A DNA stretch of 64,000 nucleotides from a virus. Lineage: Duplodnaviria; Caudoviricetes. The DNA is taken from positions 5,031 to 69,030 of IMG/VR virus record IMGVR_UViG_3300020017_000193; one strand, 5' to 3'. The first letter of the stretch is position 1; every line of letters starts with the position of its first letter. Shown one piece after another: positions 26,360 to 36,631 of this stretch. The notes beneath the pieces were generated by a model. The model saw only the letters and a program-made list of their open reading frames with translations. It was not told the origin of the DNA and made no database searches. The translations under genes and the position numbers were made by a program.

Positions 26360-26743
26360 ATGAACAGTCTCAGAAAAAAACTCTCTGCAAGCTCAACCGC
26401 ACAGGCCCTCGTTTCCAACGCCATGATGTATGGCGAGGAGAAGGGGCGCGATATCAATCGGTTTCGCTTCAGTATGCATGGCATGAAGATGGTGTCCGGC
26501 CGCTCGCTTCCGTCAGCCCAGTTCTTTGAGGATCTGCGCAGCGTGTTTGCTGAAATGGGGTGGTCAATGATCAACATGCCAGACGGCGACTTTGCCTTTA
26601 TTCAGACGGCGAAAATTGAAGTTTGGCCCCGGGTTGGCTATGGCCGGCTTGCTGAAGCGCTTTCGACAAGCGATCCTGAGGTTGCAATCGAAATGCTGTT
26701 TGTAAAACATCTCCCTGACTTTGAAAGCGAACTGAGCCTCTAA
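26360..26743 (+). CDS. Hypothetical protein (moron)
   Basis: AT-rich upstream region; own terminator near 26765-26792. Confidence 0.6.
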   Translation: MNSLRKKLSASSTAQALVSNAMMYGEEKGRDINRFRFSMHGMKMVSGRSLPSAQFFEDLRSVFAEMGWSMINMPDGDFAFIQTAKIEVWPRVGYGRLAEALSTSDPEVAIEMLFVKHLPDFESELSL

Positions 26744-26816
26744 CCAGCTTGCTCGATGTAAAAAAGACTGCCTTTCTGGCGGTCTTTTTTTTGAATGATT
26801 TTTATTGGAGGTCGAC

Positions 26817-27395
26817 ATGGCGAGGCCAATGCCTCCGGCATCCATGATCGATTGCTCTGAGTTTCCCGGCTTCGGTATCCGCCTGACTCCAGCCCCCGAG
26901 GTATGGGAGTGGCTGAAAACCGAGATCCTTGCCGATACTGGCAGCATTCACAACGAAGACCATGCCCACCTACTGGATGCAGACATCCGAATCATGTGGG
27001 CGTCGTCGAGCTTCGAGAAGCAAGGGCGCACAGTCCTCGGCCAGGCCGAACAAGTAGCGTTCCGCGCCGGTGGTTGGCAGAAAGCCCGGATGGAGCAGCA
27101 GATGCGTGATTGGTTCGGTGATGTGCCGGCCTTCATCATCACCCTGGCAGCCGACTACTGCGCCCAGTGCAGCGACCTTGAGTTCTGCGCACTGATAGAA
27201 CACGAGCTGTATCACCTGGCTCACGCGACCGACAAGTACGGTCAACCAGCATTCACCCAAGACGGTGCACCGAAGATCAAGCTGCAGGGCCACGACGTGG
27301 AAGAGTTCGTCGGTGTGGTCCGCCGCTATGGCGCAAGCCCTGACGTTCAAGCGTTGGTGGATGCTGCCGGAACCTGTCTGCTCAAGTCGGCCTGA
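26817..27395 (+). CDS. Putative phage metallopeptidase
   Basis: HELYH (HExxH) and HDVEEF..VVRRYG; GGAGG RBS. Confidence 0.85.
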   Translation: MARPMPPASMIDCSEFPGFGIRLTPAPEVWEWLKTEILADTGSIHNEDHAHLLDADIRIMWASSSFEKQGRTVLGQAEQVAFRAGGWQKARMEQQMRDWFGDVPAFIITLAADYCAQCSDLEFCALIEHELYHLAHATDKYGQPAFTQDGAPKIKLQGHDVEEFVGVVRRYGASPDVQALVDAAGTCLLKSA

Positions 27396-27425
27396 TTTTA
27401 GACAGGTTAAGACGGATGATCGCCA

Positions 27426-27887
27426 ATGGCAGCTCTTCGAAGTGAGGTGAAAGCCTTTATTGTTCAGGCTCTCGCGTGCTTTGACACACCTTCTCAGGTG
27501 GTTGAGGCCGTCTTAAAAGAATTCAACGTTGTTGTCACTCGCCAGCAGTGCGAATCACACGACCCAACAAAGGCAGCCGGCAAGGCGCTGGGCGAGAAGT
27601 GGGCAACGATGTTCCGTGAGAGCCGCAAGCGGTTCCGCGAAGAGACTGAAGACATCCCGATCGCCAATCGAGCCTTCCGACTGCGCGCTCTGAGCCGCAT
27701 GGCTGAGAAAGCCGAAGGCATGAAGAATATGGCGCTGACTGCCCAGCTACTGGAGCAGGCTGCCAAAGAGTGCGGTGACATCTACGTCAACCGGGCCCGG
27801 AAGGAAGAGGTTGGCGATGAACCGGTGATCCCGACCCGCATCCAGGTCGACGTGGTGGATGCGAGGAAGCCGAATGCCGAGCCTTAA
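27426..27887 (+). CDS. terS: Terminase small subunit (DUF2280 type)
   Basis: KAFIVQALACFDTPSQV...HDPTK...IPIANRAFRL. Confidence 0.88.
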   Translation: MAALRSEVKAFIVQALACFDTPSQVVEAVLKEFNVVVTRQQCESHDPTKAAGKALGEKWATMFRESRKRFREETEDIPIANRAFRLRALSRMAEKAEGMKNMALTAQLLEQAAKECGDIYVNRARKEEVGDEPVIPTRIQVDVVDARKPNAEP

Positions 27888-29175
27888 TGTTCCGCAGGCT
27901 CAGTTCCTCACGCTGCCCCACAAATTCCGTGCGTTCGTTGCCGGGTTCGGCTCGGGCAAGACCTGGGTAGGATGCTCGGCGCTGAGCAAACACTTCATGG
28001 AGTGGCCTGGCGTCAACGCTGGCTACTTCGCACCGACTTACCCGCAGATCCGGGACATCTTCTATCCGACTATGGATGAGGTGGCCTACGACTGGGGGCT
28101 GAAGACCAAGATCAACCAGGCGAACCACGAAGTTCACATCTACAGCGGACGGCAGTACCGCGGCACTGTGATTTGCCGGTCGATGGAGAAACCGCAGACG
28201 ATTGTCGGCTTCAAGATCGGCCATGCCCTGGTGGATGAGCTGGACGTGCTGACTGCCCTCAAGGCACAGCAGGCCTGGCGCAAGATCATCGCTCGGATGC
28301 GCTACAACTTGCCCGGGCTGAAGAACGGGGTGGATGTCACCACTACGCCGGAAGGCTTCAAGTTCGTCTTCCTGCAGTTCGTGAAGCAGCTGCGCGACAA
28401 GCCGTCGCTCAAGGAGATGTACGGCCTGGTGCAGGCCAGCACGTTCGACAACGAGCTCAATCTGCCGGATGACTACATCGCCTCGCTGATGGAGTCGTAT
28501 CCACCTCAGCTGATCATGGCGTACCTCAAAGGCCAGTTCGTAAACCTGACGTCCGGCACGATCTACACCGCCTACGACCGTAAGCTCAACGGATGCTTCG
28601 ACACCGTGCAGCCTGGTGAGCCACTGTTCATCGGGATGGACTTCAACGTCGGCAAGATGGCGGCGATTACCCATGTTAAGCGTGACCAGGGGCTGCCCAG
28701 GGCCGTGGATGAGCTGATCGACGGCTACGACACGCCCGACATGATTCGCCGCATCAAAGAGCGCTACTGGCAGCACGACGGCAATGACTTCAAGAAGACC
28801 TGCGAGATCAGGATCTACCCGGATGCTTCAGGCGATTCGCGCAAGTCTGTGAATGCCAGCATCACCGATCTGGCCATGCTCAAACAGGCCGGGTTCGCGG
28901 TCATTGCTCCAGCGGCAAACCCGCCGGTGAAAGACCGAATCAACGCAATGAACGCCGTCTTCTGCAATGCGCAGGGCGAGCGCCGCTACCTGGTCAACTC
29001 GCTCACCTGTCCGACCTACGCCGATGGCCTGGAGCAGCAGGTGTGGGGCGCGAACGGGGAGCCAGATAAAACCGCCGGCATCGATCACGCGAACGACGCC
29101 GGCGGCTACTTCATCCACCGCGAGTACCCGATCATCAAACCGGTCACCGCTATCAAAATGGGATACGCCCGATGA
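27874..29175 (+). CDS. terL: Terminase large subunit
   Basis: AGFGSGKT Walker A, LVDELD Walker B, IGMDFNV nuclease motif, DHANDA. Confidence 0.95.
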   Translation: MPSLNVPQAQFLTLPHKFRAFVAGFGSGKTWVGCSALSKHFMEWPGVNAGYFAPTYPQIRDIFYPTMDEVAYDWGLKTKINQANHEVHIYSGRQYRGTVICRSMEKPQTIVGFKIGHALVDELDVLTALKAQQAWRKIIARMRYNLPGLKNGVDVTTTPEGFKFVFLQFVKQLRDKPSLKEMYGLVQASTFDNELNLPDDYIASLMESYPPQLIMAYLKGQFVNLTSGTIYTAYDRKLNGCFDTVQPGEPLFIGMDFNVGKMAAITHVKRDQGLPRAVDELIDGYDTPDMIRRIKERYWQHDGNDFKKTCEIRIYPDASGDSRKSVNASITDLAMLKQAGFAVIAPAANPPVKDRINAMNAVFCNAQGERRYLVNSLTCPTYADGLEQQVWGANGEPDKTAGIDHANDAGGYFIHREYPIIKPVTAIKMGYAR

Positions 29176-30590
29176 GCAACGACGTCTCCTTCAAGCGGGC
29201 GGAATACACGGCAGTGCTGGACCGCTGGGCGACCGTTCGCGACGTCTGCGCGGGCCAGCACCGGGTAGTCGATCGGCTGCCGTACATCAACGCGCACGAC
29301 AAGTCGCCGGAGAACGAAGATCGGAACCGGGCTTACCGCGAGCGGGCGGTGTTCAAGAACGCCACCGGACACACCCGTAACGGGCTGCTGGGTCTGGCCT
29401 TCCATAAAGACCCGACACTCACGGTGCCAAAGAAGCTGGAATACCTGCAAGACAACGCCAACGGCTCCGGAGTGAGCATTTACCAGCACTCCCAAGGCAC
29501 GCTGGAGAAGGTGCTTGAAGCTGGGCGCCACGGTCTGTACGTCGACTATCACCAGGACGACGGCATCGGCGGTCACTCGGTGATCCTGTCCTACTGCGCG
29601 GAAGACATCATCAATTGGCGCACGGGCATGGTTAACGGCCACAGCGTGCTGACGCTGGTGGTGCTGCGCGAGTCTCCGGAGATTCCTGACGGCTTCGGCT
29701 ACAAGACAGCTGAGCAGTACCGGGAACTGGCGCTTGAGGATGACGGCTTTGTGTGCCGGGTCTGGCGCCGATCCGGTCCGAAAGGCGGCGGGCCGCTGGC
29801 GGTCATCGAAGAGTTCAGGCCGGAAGGCGTCACCGGGCGTCTCAAGGAGATCCCGTTCACCTTCGTCGGCGCGCAGAACAACGACCCAAGCATCGACGAG
29901 TCGCCGCTGTACGACATCGCCATGATCAACCTGGGCCATTACCGGAACAGTGCCGATTACGAAGACAGCGTCTTCTGGTGTGGCCAGGCCCAGCCATGGA
30001 TCAGTGGTTTGGATGAGCAGTGGGTGAAGCTACTCGAGGCGAAGGGTGTTTATGTCGGTTCGCGCGCGCCGATGCTCCTCCCAGCGGGCGGCGCCTTCGG
30101 TTACGCGCAGCCGGCACCGAACACGCTGGTCAAGGAGGCCATGGCCGATAAGAACCAGATGATGATCGAGTTGGGCGCCCGGATGGTGGTGGCGTCACTG
30201 GCCGCCAAGACCGCTACGGAGTCCCGCGGCGATCAATCGGCATCTACCTCTGTGCTGGCTGGCTGCGTGGCAAACGTCAGCGAGGCTTATACGAGGGCAA
30301 TCATGTGGTGCTGCGCCTACATGGGCATCGCTGACAAGAAGGTCGCCTACCAGGTGAATCAGGAGTTCGTCGAACTCACGGCTGATCCGCAGATGATCAC
30401 GGCCTTGGTTGGCTTGTGGCAGCAAGGCGGCTTCGCGAAGGCAGACCTTCGGGCCTACCTGCGCAAGCTGGGCCTGATTGCACCAGAGCGTACAGACCCG
30501 CAGATCGACGGCGAGTTGGAAGAGCAGGGTGACGGACTGGGCCTAGACGACGAGGACAAACCAAATGGCGGTAAATCCGGCAGTACTTGA
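29172..30590 (+). CDS. Portal protein (DUF4055 type)
   Basis: 472 aa after terL; EIPF.F.G...LYDIAMINLGHYRNSADYE. Confidence 0.88.
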   Translation: MSNDVSFKRAEYTAVLDRWATVRDVCAGQHRVVDRLPYINAHDKSPENEDRNRAYRERAVFKNATGHTRNGLLGLAFHKDPTLTVPKKLEYLQDNANGSGVSIYQHSQGTLEKVLEAGRHGLYVDYHQDDGIGGHSVILSYCAEDIINWRTGMVNGHSVLTLVVLRESPEIPDGFGYKTAEQYRELALEDDGFVCRVWRRSGPKGGGPLAVIEEFRPEGVTGRLKEIPFTFVGAQNNDPSIDESPLYDIAMINLGHYRNSADYEDSVFWCGQAQPWISGLDEQWVKLLEAKGVYVGSRAPMLLPAGGAFGYAQPAPNTLVKEAMADKNQMMIELGARMVVASLAAKTATESRGDQSASTSVLAGCVANVSEAYTRAIMWCCAYMGIADKKVAYQVNQEFVELTADPQMITALVGLWQQGGFAKADLRAYLRKLGLIAPERTDPQIDGELEEQGDGLGLDDEDKPNGGKSGST

Positions 30591-31653
30591 TGCCACGATC
30601 CGGCACGCGGTCTTCCTCGAAAAGCTGAAGGCAGGGGAGGTCGGCAAGTTTGCTCCTTTCCTTAAGGAGATTGACCGGTCTATACGGGATCGGCTTACCC
30701 AGTCGGATCTGACCGAATACAACACGAAGCGCCTGGAAGCGTTGCTGAAGGAGGTCGACAGCCTGCTGCTGGGCATCTTCGACCGCTACAGTGCGCAACT
30801 GAACCTCGACCTGGTGGATATCGCCAACTACGAGGCTGAGTTCGAGGCGACCAGCATTGCCAGGTCGACGCCGGTTGGTGTGTCGCTGGATGTGGTCGCG
30901 CCGACGGCCGCTGCAATTCGCACCGCAGTGCTGACGAATCCGCTCAGTGTGCGAGGCACCGGCGGCGGGAAGCTGCTGAAGGCCTTCATCAAGGGGTGGA
31001 CCGGTGCGGAGCGTGAACGGGTTACCGGCACCATCCGGCAGGGCTTTTTCGAGGGGCAGACGAACTTTCAGATCATTCGCAACATTCGCGGCACCAAGGC
31101 TGCCGGCTACAAGGATGGAATTTTCGCTGCCACCAACCGCAATGCCAGCACCGTCGTGCACACCGCGATTCAGCATGTGTCGTCCCAGGCGCGCATGGAG
31201 GTGGCCAAGGCCAACACGGATATCGTGGAAGAGATCCAGATGGTGGCCACGCTGGACAGCAAGACCAGCCAGCAATGCCGCTCAATGGACAAGCGTAAGT
31301 TTCCAGTGGACTCCGGGCCAAGGCCTCCGTTCCACCCGAACTGCCGTACGACGTTCGTTTTGCTCACCAAACTCAGCGCCATGTTCGCCAAAGGCGCTAC
31401 CCGGGCTTCAGTGGGTGCTGACGGCGGGCAGCAGGTGAGTGCTGAACTCGATTACTACCACTGGCTCCAGCAACAGCCGGCCTCGTTCCAGGACGTCGCC
31501 ATCGGGCCTGTCCGAGCCAAACTGTTCCGGGAGGGCGGGCTGACCGTCGAGCGCTTCGCCGAGCTGCAGCTTGATCGCGACTTTGCGCCGCTGACTCTGG
31601 TGCAGATGAAAAACTTGGAACCGCTGGCTTTTGAGCGGGCCGGATTGCTATAA
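30565..31653 (+). CDS. Minor capsid / head morphogenesis protein (Mu F / SPP1 gp7 family)
   Basis: VATLDSKTSQQCRSMD...PPFHPNCRT. Confidence 0.9.
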   Translation: MAVNPAVLDATIRHAVFLEKLKAGEVGKFAPFLKEIDRSIRDRLTQSDLTEYNTKRLEALLKEVDSLLLGIFDRYSAQLNLDLVDIANYEAEFEATSIARSTPVGVSLDVVAPTAAAIRTAVLTNPLSVRGTGGGKLLKAFIKGWTGAERERVTGTIRQGFFEGQTNFQIIRNIRGTKAAGYKDGIFAATNRNASTVVHTAIQHVSSQARMEVAKANTDIVEEIQMVATLDSKTSQQCRSMDKRKFPVDSGPRPPFHPNCRTTFVLLTKLSAMFAKGATRASVGADGGQQVSAELDYYHWLQQQPASFQDVAIGPVRAKLFREGGLTVERFAELQLDRDFAPLTLVQMKNLEPLAFERAGLL

Positions 31654-31677
31654 CGCCTTCATTCAAATGGAGGTGAC

Positions 31678-32328
31678 ATGAAATATCTCATCGTAGTCGG
31701 AGTGGTTGCTCTATGTGCTGTAAGTGGGCTGCTGGGTTTAACTGCTGGCATCAATTTGAATCCCGACTCGATTGTAAAATTTGTTCCTAACTGGGGCAGC
31801 CTGGGCGATTGGGTATCGGGGGCTGGTGCGCTTCTAGCGGTGATAACCAGCTTGGCATTGGTACGCAGATCCGAGGCTTCACAGGCAGAGCGGGAAAGGG
31901 AGCGGTTCGTAGTCGACCAATTTGTACAGCACCGCAGGTTTTCGATCAGAGTTGTCTCGATGAGCTCAGTCCCCAGCGTCGTGAGGTCCATTTTGCTGGA
32001 GGCGCCCTCTGGAGTAGCGTCAGATCTAATGAGGTATCTACCAGAATCTCTAAAGGTCCGGTTACCAAAACGCTTGGAGTCCCGGTCGGAAATTCACTTA
32101 GCTTGGCTTGACGAGCGACTGCCAGATTTTTTGCGCGAAATCCAAATACTTCAGGTCAGCTCCCTGGATGAGGTGTCGATTTCCGTAAGAACATCATTAG
32201 CTGTCTACCGTTTTCCACTGAGCAGTGAGCTTGCTAACGTATTACTCGTGGCTTCTGCCGAACTGGGAATTCCTCTGCTGTTGCCTGAGCACAATTGTGA
32301 AGATGATCTAACTGACGAATTCGATTAG
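31678..32328 (+). CDS. Membrane-anchored moron in the head cluster
   Basis: Two N-terminal TMs (WGSLGDWVSGAGALLAV); AT-richer codons; own terminator near 32362-32388. Confidence 0.75.
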   Translation: MKYLIVVGVVALCAVSGLLGLTAGINLNPDSIVKFVPNWGSLGDWVSGAGALLAVITSLALVRRSEASQAERERERFVVDQFVQHRRFSIRVVSMSSVPSVVRSILLEAPSGVASDLMRYLPESLKVRLPKRLESRSEIHLAWLDERLPDFLREIQILQVSSLDEVSISVRTSLAVYRFPLSSELANVLLVASAELGIPLLLPEHNCEDDLTDEFD

Positions 32329-32429
32329 GGAAAATAGTCTTCGCGTGATACCAAAAATACAAGCCTCGCCAAGTGCGAGGTTTTTTTATGCCTGCGAAGC
32401 GGGCGAACAAACCCAAGGGGTGCATCAAC

Positions 32430-33158
32430 GTGGCAGAAGAAAACGAAATCGACCTGGAAAATCCGGCAATCAAGGCCGCTATCGCGACTGCCGTTGAAGC
32501 ATCCGTTTCTGGTTTGAAAACCAAGAACTCGGAGCTGCTGGGCAAGCTGAAGGAAACATCCGGCAAGCTGACCCAGTTTGAAACACAGTTTGAAGGCATC
32601 GACATCGACGCTGTTAAAGGCCTGCTCAGTCGAGCGGGCCAAGACGAAGAAACCAAGCTGCTGACTGAGGGCAAGGTGGACGAGGTCTTCAACCGCCGCA
32701 CCGAGCGCCTGCGTGGCGACTACGACAAGCAGTTGAAGACGATCAGCGAGCGCGCCGAGAAGGCTGAATCCTTCGCTGCCAAGTTCCAGGGCAAAGTCCT
32801 GGGCGATTCGGTACGCGGCGCAGCACTGAAGGCCGGCGCTCTGCCGGAAGCAACAGATGACATCATCCTGCGCGCCAAAGGCGTGTTTACCCTTAACGAA
32901 GATGGCGATGCAGTCGCCGTTGATGAATCCGGCCAGGTCATCCTCGGTAAAGACGGCAAGACCCCTCTGACTCCGCTCGAATGGGCGGAATCTCTGCGCG
33001 AAAGCGCACCTCATCTGTGGCCAAGGGCTTCAGGGACATTTGCCCCGGGCGGGGGTGGCGGCAAGGCTGCATTCAAGCGCTCCGAAATGACCTCCGAGCA
33101 GAAGCGCGATTTTCAGCGCAAGCACGGCCAAACCGCATATCTCGCACTGCCCAAGTAA
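32430..33158 (+). CDS. Capsid scaffolding protein
   Basis: Coiled coil (GLKTKNSELLGKLK); directly before the major capsid gene; GTG start inferred. Confidence 0.8.
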   Translation: MAEENEIDLENPAIKAAIATAVEASVSGLKTKNSELLGKLKETSGKLTQFETQFEGIDIDAVKGLLSRAGQDEETKLLTEGKVDEVFNRRTERLRGDYDKQLKTISERAEKAESFAAKFQGKVLGDSVRGAALKAGALPEATDDIILRAKGVFTLNEDGDAVAVDESGQVILGKDGKTPLTPLEWAESLRESAPHLWPRASGTFAPGGGGGKAAFKRSEMTSEQKRDFQRKHGQTAYLALPK

Positions 33159-33170
33159 GGGGATTGACCC

Positions 33171-34136
33171 ATGGCTACAACCGTTAACAGCGACCTGATC
33201 ATTTACAACGATGAGGCGCAAACCGCATACCTGGAGCGTGTCCAGGACAACCTGGATGTGTTCAACGCATCGTCCAACGGCGCGATGGTCCTGGACAACG
33301 AGCTGATTGAAGGTGACTTCCGCAAGCGCGCCCTCTACAAGCTCAACGGCTCGCTGGAGCACCGTGACGTCAACTCCGACGGCAAGGTAACTGCCAAGAA
33401 GATCAGCGCCGGCGAAGCTGTCGGCGTCAAGGCTCCCTGGAAATACGGTCCGTACCAGACCACCGAAGAGGCGTTCAAGCGCCGCGGTCGTCCGGTCGAG
33501 GAGTTCTCCCAGATCGTCGGCGCCGACGTTGCTGATGCGACCCTGGAAGGCTTCATCCAGTACGCAACTGCTGGCCTGCGTGCCGCCATCGGCTCCAACG
33601 CTGACATGGTGGTTTCGGCCAACATTGAAACCGATGGCAAGAAGACGCTGACTCGCGGTATGCGCAAGTTCGGCGACAAGTTCGGCCGTATTGCTCTGTG
33701 GGTCATGCACTCCAGCGCCTACTTCGACATCGTCGACGAAGCCATCACCAACAAGATCTACGAAGAAGCTGGCGTCGTGATCTACGGCGGCCTGCCGGGC
33801 ACTCTGGGCAAGCCAGTACTGGTGACCGACACCGCGCCGGCGGATGTGATCTTCGGCCTGCTGCCAAACGCCGTAACCATCACCGAGTCGCAGGCGCCGG
33901 GCTTCCGTTCCTACGAAGTGAACGACGAAGAAAACCTGAGCATCGGCTACCGCGCGGAAGGCACCGTAAACATCGATGTGCTGGGTTATAGCTGGAAAGC
34001 CACCACTGGCGGTTCCAATCCAACCCTGGCTGCCGTGGGCTCCGCTGCCAACTGGGTCAAGCATGCGGGCAGCAACAAAGTCACCGCCGGCGTGATGATC
34101 ACGCTGACCGCAACGCCTCCTGTTACTGGCGGTTAA
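33171..34136 (+). CDS. Major capsid protein
   Basis: 321 aa, strongly biased codons, canonical position. Confidence 0.9.
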   Translation: MATTVNSDLIIYNDEAQTAYLERVQDNLDVFNASSNGAMVLDNELIEGDFRKRALYKLNGSLEHRDVNSDGKVTAKKISAGEAVGVKAPWKYGPYQTTEEAFKRRGRPVEEFSQIVGADVADATLEGFIQYATAGLRAAIGSNADMVVSANIETDGKKTLTRGMRKFGDKFGRIALWVMHSSAYFDIVDEAITNKIYEEAGVVIYGGLPGTLGKPVLVTDTAPADVIFGLLPNAVTITESQAPGFRSYEVNDEENLSIGYRAEGTVNIDVLGYSWKATTGGSNPTLAAVGSAANWVKHAGSNKVTAGVMITLTATPPVTGG

Positions 34137-34183
34137 GCCTCAAACTCAACGCTCGGTCAGCAATGGCCGCCTTGGAGAAACAC

Positions 34184-34768
34184 ATGGAACTGACTTACAG
34201 CAACCAGCTGAGCGGCTTCGACCCGGAGAAGCGTTACCGCAATCCGGAACACTTCGATAAGCCCGAAGCGGGTGTGACCAGCGTGCTGGTGATTGGCGAT
34301 TGGCCGAGCGTGGTCAATGCGTACGAAGCAGCCGGCATCGATGTGTCGGTGAAGGAAGCCAAGCGGGCGCAGATTGTAGGTGCGGGCAACCAAGCCGAAC
34401 AGGAAAAGGTGATCGCGGCTTTGCGTGCTGAGCATGGATCGATCCTGATCCTTGTTGACGGCCTGGAAGCTGGCGAAATCCATCGTCCAGAGTCCGGCGA
34501 CCTGGCGTTGCGCTTGTTTGACGTGCTGGGCACCATCCATTCTTCGGTTGATGAGTTGATCACTGAACGTGACGGCCTGGCCTTAACTGTCGACGCACTG
34601 CGTGGCGAGGTTGAAGCGCTGAAGAAGTCTGCCCTCACGCCGCCGGCTGACGAGGCCAGTGATATCGCGGCTCTGAAAGCAAAGCTCGATGAAGCCAAGG
34701 TCCAGTATCGGGCCAACGCCTCGAAAGAATCCCTGGAAAAGCTCGTCGCTGAGCAGACCAAGGAGTAA
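34184..34768 (+). CDS. Head accessory protein with coiled coil and C-terminal HeH/LEM-like motif
   Basis: LKAKLDEAKVQYRANASKESLEKL at the C-terminus. Confidence 0.7.
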   Translation: MELTYSNQLSGFDPEKRYRNPEHFDKPEAGVTSVLVIGDWPSVVNAYEAAGIDVSVKEAKRAQIVGAGNQAEQEKVIAALRAEHGSILILVDGLEAGEIHRPESGDLALRLFDVLGTIHSSVDELITERDGLALTVDALRGEVEALKKSALTPPADEASDIAALKAKLDEAKVQYRANASKESLEKLVAEQTKE

Positions 34769-34827
34769 TACTGCTGGCTGTCGGTGATCCGGCGGCCTAT
34801 CTTCAAACCATTCCAGCGAGTTAACGC

Positions 34828-35331
34828 ATGACACTCATCATCGAGGACGGCACCGGCAAGCCTGACGCCGAAAGCTACGCGAGCGCCGAGGACCTGGCCA
34901 TGTATGCCGTGAAATTCGGCACGGTCATCCCCGCAGGCGTTCCCGAGCAGGAAGCGCTGCTGCGCCGGGCCGCCTTGGCGATGGATGGCATGACCTGGAA
35001 GGGGCGCAAGACGAGCAGCGAGCAGGCACTGTCCTGGCCGCGCCGGGAGGTGCTGCTGGATCACGAGATCAAGCCGAACAACTACCTGCCGGCGCGCATC
35101 CAGTACGGTCAGATGGCCCTGGCTGCTGAGATCCATCAGGACGATATCGACCCGGTGGAAAAGCGCAAAGGTGCAGTGCTGCTGGATCGTGTAGAGGGAG
35201 CCGTGACTCGACAGTACGCAGCTATCCCGAGCACCAGCAACCGTCTGCTACCGGCGGCACCGGATCGGCCGAGCGCTACGCAGTTTGCTGATTACTTGAT
35301 GCGGCGTGGGTTGTTTGCGATTCGAGCTTAG
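34828..35331 (+). CDS. Head-tail adaptor (DnaT-like domain family)
   Basis: EDGTGKPDAESYAS...WKGRK...QALSWPR. Confidence 0.82.
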   Translation: MTLIIEDGTGKPDAESYASAEDLAMYAVKFGTVIPAGVPEQEALLRRAALAMDGMTWKGRKTSSEQALSWPRREVLLDHEIKPNNYLPARIQYGQMALAAEIHQDDIDPVEKRKGAVLLDRVEGAVTRQYAAIPSTSNRLLPAAPDRPSATQFADYLMRRGLFAIRA

Positions 35332-35369
35332 TGATAACGTCGGGAACGATTAATTTTAGGAATGTCCAG

Positions 35370-35561
35370 ATGGAAAAGTTCAAGGATGATGATGAGATGA
35401 TCGCCTGGGATCGTTTCGCTCTCTCCGCCCTGAAAGTTGCCGGTGATCAAGCAGCGAAATACACAGCCGGTTCGCCAGAGAGATTCGTCGATACGATAAC
35501 GAAGAACGCAGCTTTACTCGCGGACTCGTTACTGCGTGAACGCAGAAAGCGAATTTCTTGA
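35370..35561 (+). CDS. Small hypothetical moron (63 aa)
   Basis: MEKFKDDDEMIAWDRFALSAL...; AGGA RBS; followed by its own terminator. Confidence 0.6.
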   Translation: MEKFKDDDEMIAWDRFALSALKVAGDQAAKYTAGSPERFVDTITKNAALLADSLLRERRKRIS

Positions 35562-35609
35562 GAACCTAAGCCCAGCCACCGCGCTGGGCTTTTCACATCT
35601 GGAGCCACC

Positions 35610-35978
35610 ATGGCCTTCTACGACGAAATGGCCGTGATGGCTCTGGAGATGATCACAGAGTTCGGCCAGCCCGTGACCATCAGCAAGACCGAGCCGGGCG
35701 AGTACGACCCGGAAACAGGCGGCGAAGCGCCAGGCGCCACCATTGAGCAAACCGCCCAGGGCATCCTGCTCGACTTCACTGGCCAAGAGTTTCAGACCAA
35801 CAGCCTCATCAAGCAGGGCGACAAGAAGCTCAAGATCGCTGCGCAGGGATTGGCTTGGGTTCCTGGCCTGCTCGACAAAGTGATCGCCCAGGGCCGCACC
35901 TGGTCAATCGTGCCACCGCTGAAAGAGGTCAACCCGGCCGGTACGCCTATCCTGTATGAGCTGCAGGTGCGGTCGTGA
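35610..35978 (+). CDS. Head closure / head-tail joining protein
   Basis: Position and the YDPETG...IKQGDKKL motif. Confidence 0.8.
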   Translation: MAFYDEMAVMALEMITEFGQPVTISKTEPGEYDPETGGEAPGATIEQTAQGILLDFTGQEFQTNSLIKQGDKKLKIAAQGLAWVPGLLDKVIAQGRTWSIVPPLKEVNPAGTPILYELQVRS

Positions 35979-36631
35979 CGAACAAATACGCGAGCATGAA
36001 CGGCAGCTTCGCCGAGAACATTCGCGACTTCGCTGAGCGCGCCCAGGCTGGTATCGACGCAACCATTCGAGAGATTGTTATCGAGATCGGCAGCAGCGTC
36101 ATCCGCATGTCGCCGGTGGGCAACCCTGAGATCTGGGCGGCCAACGTTGCGCACCGCCAGGCGAACACACGGGCAGCTGATGACTACGACTTCAAGGTCG
36201 CGGTGCGCAATACGATCATCAACCTCAACGAGTCGAACTTCACAAAGGCTGGCAAGCTGAGGCGCGGCGTGAAGTACGCGAAGCCCCTGACTAAGACCGA
36301 GCGCGACCAGAACTTCAACGTGAACGGGCTGGTCGCGGGCAGGGACTACGTCGGTGGGCGATTTCGGGGGAATTGGCAGTTTTCCATTGGCACGCCGGCG
36401 GATGGCACGCTTGACCAGGTCGACCCGGTTGGTGGTGTGACGCTGGCCAAACTGCGACTACAGGTCCAGGCGCTGACTGCTGGTGAGACGGCCTATATCG
36501 TAAACAATCTTCCGTACGGCATCCCGCTGGAGTATGGACACTCGACCCAGGCGCCCGGCGGAATGGTCCGGATCACTCTGGCCCGCTTCCAGCAGATCGT
36601 CGACGAAGCCACAAGGAACAACCAGGTATGA
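35975..36631 (+). CDS. HK97 gp10-like tail component
   Basis: SPV...GRFRGNW...YIVNNLPYGIPLEYGHSTQAP.GMVR. Confidence 0.82.
   Translation: MTNKYASMNGSFAENIRDFAERAQAGIDATIREIVIEIGSSVIRMSPVGNPEIWAANVAHRQANTRAADDYDFKVAVRNTIINLNESNFTKAGKLRRGVKYAKPLTKTERDQNFNVNGLVAGRDYVGGRFRGNWQFSIGTPADGTLDQVDPVGGVTLAKLRLQVQALTAGETAYIVNNLPYGIPLEYGHSTQAPGGMVRITLARFQQIVDEATRNNQV

Noticed and set aside
27787-28776. 329-aa antisense ORF over terL; similar long shadow ORFs at 33030-34064, 34234-35136, 37339-38175, 49225-49962 and 56334-57788
   Set aside because: They lie opposite well-supported genes and are the usual artefact of GC-rich codon bias (few stops on the reverse strand); no recognisable motifs.
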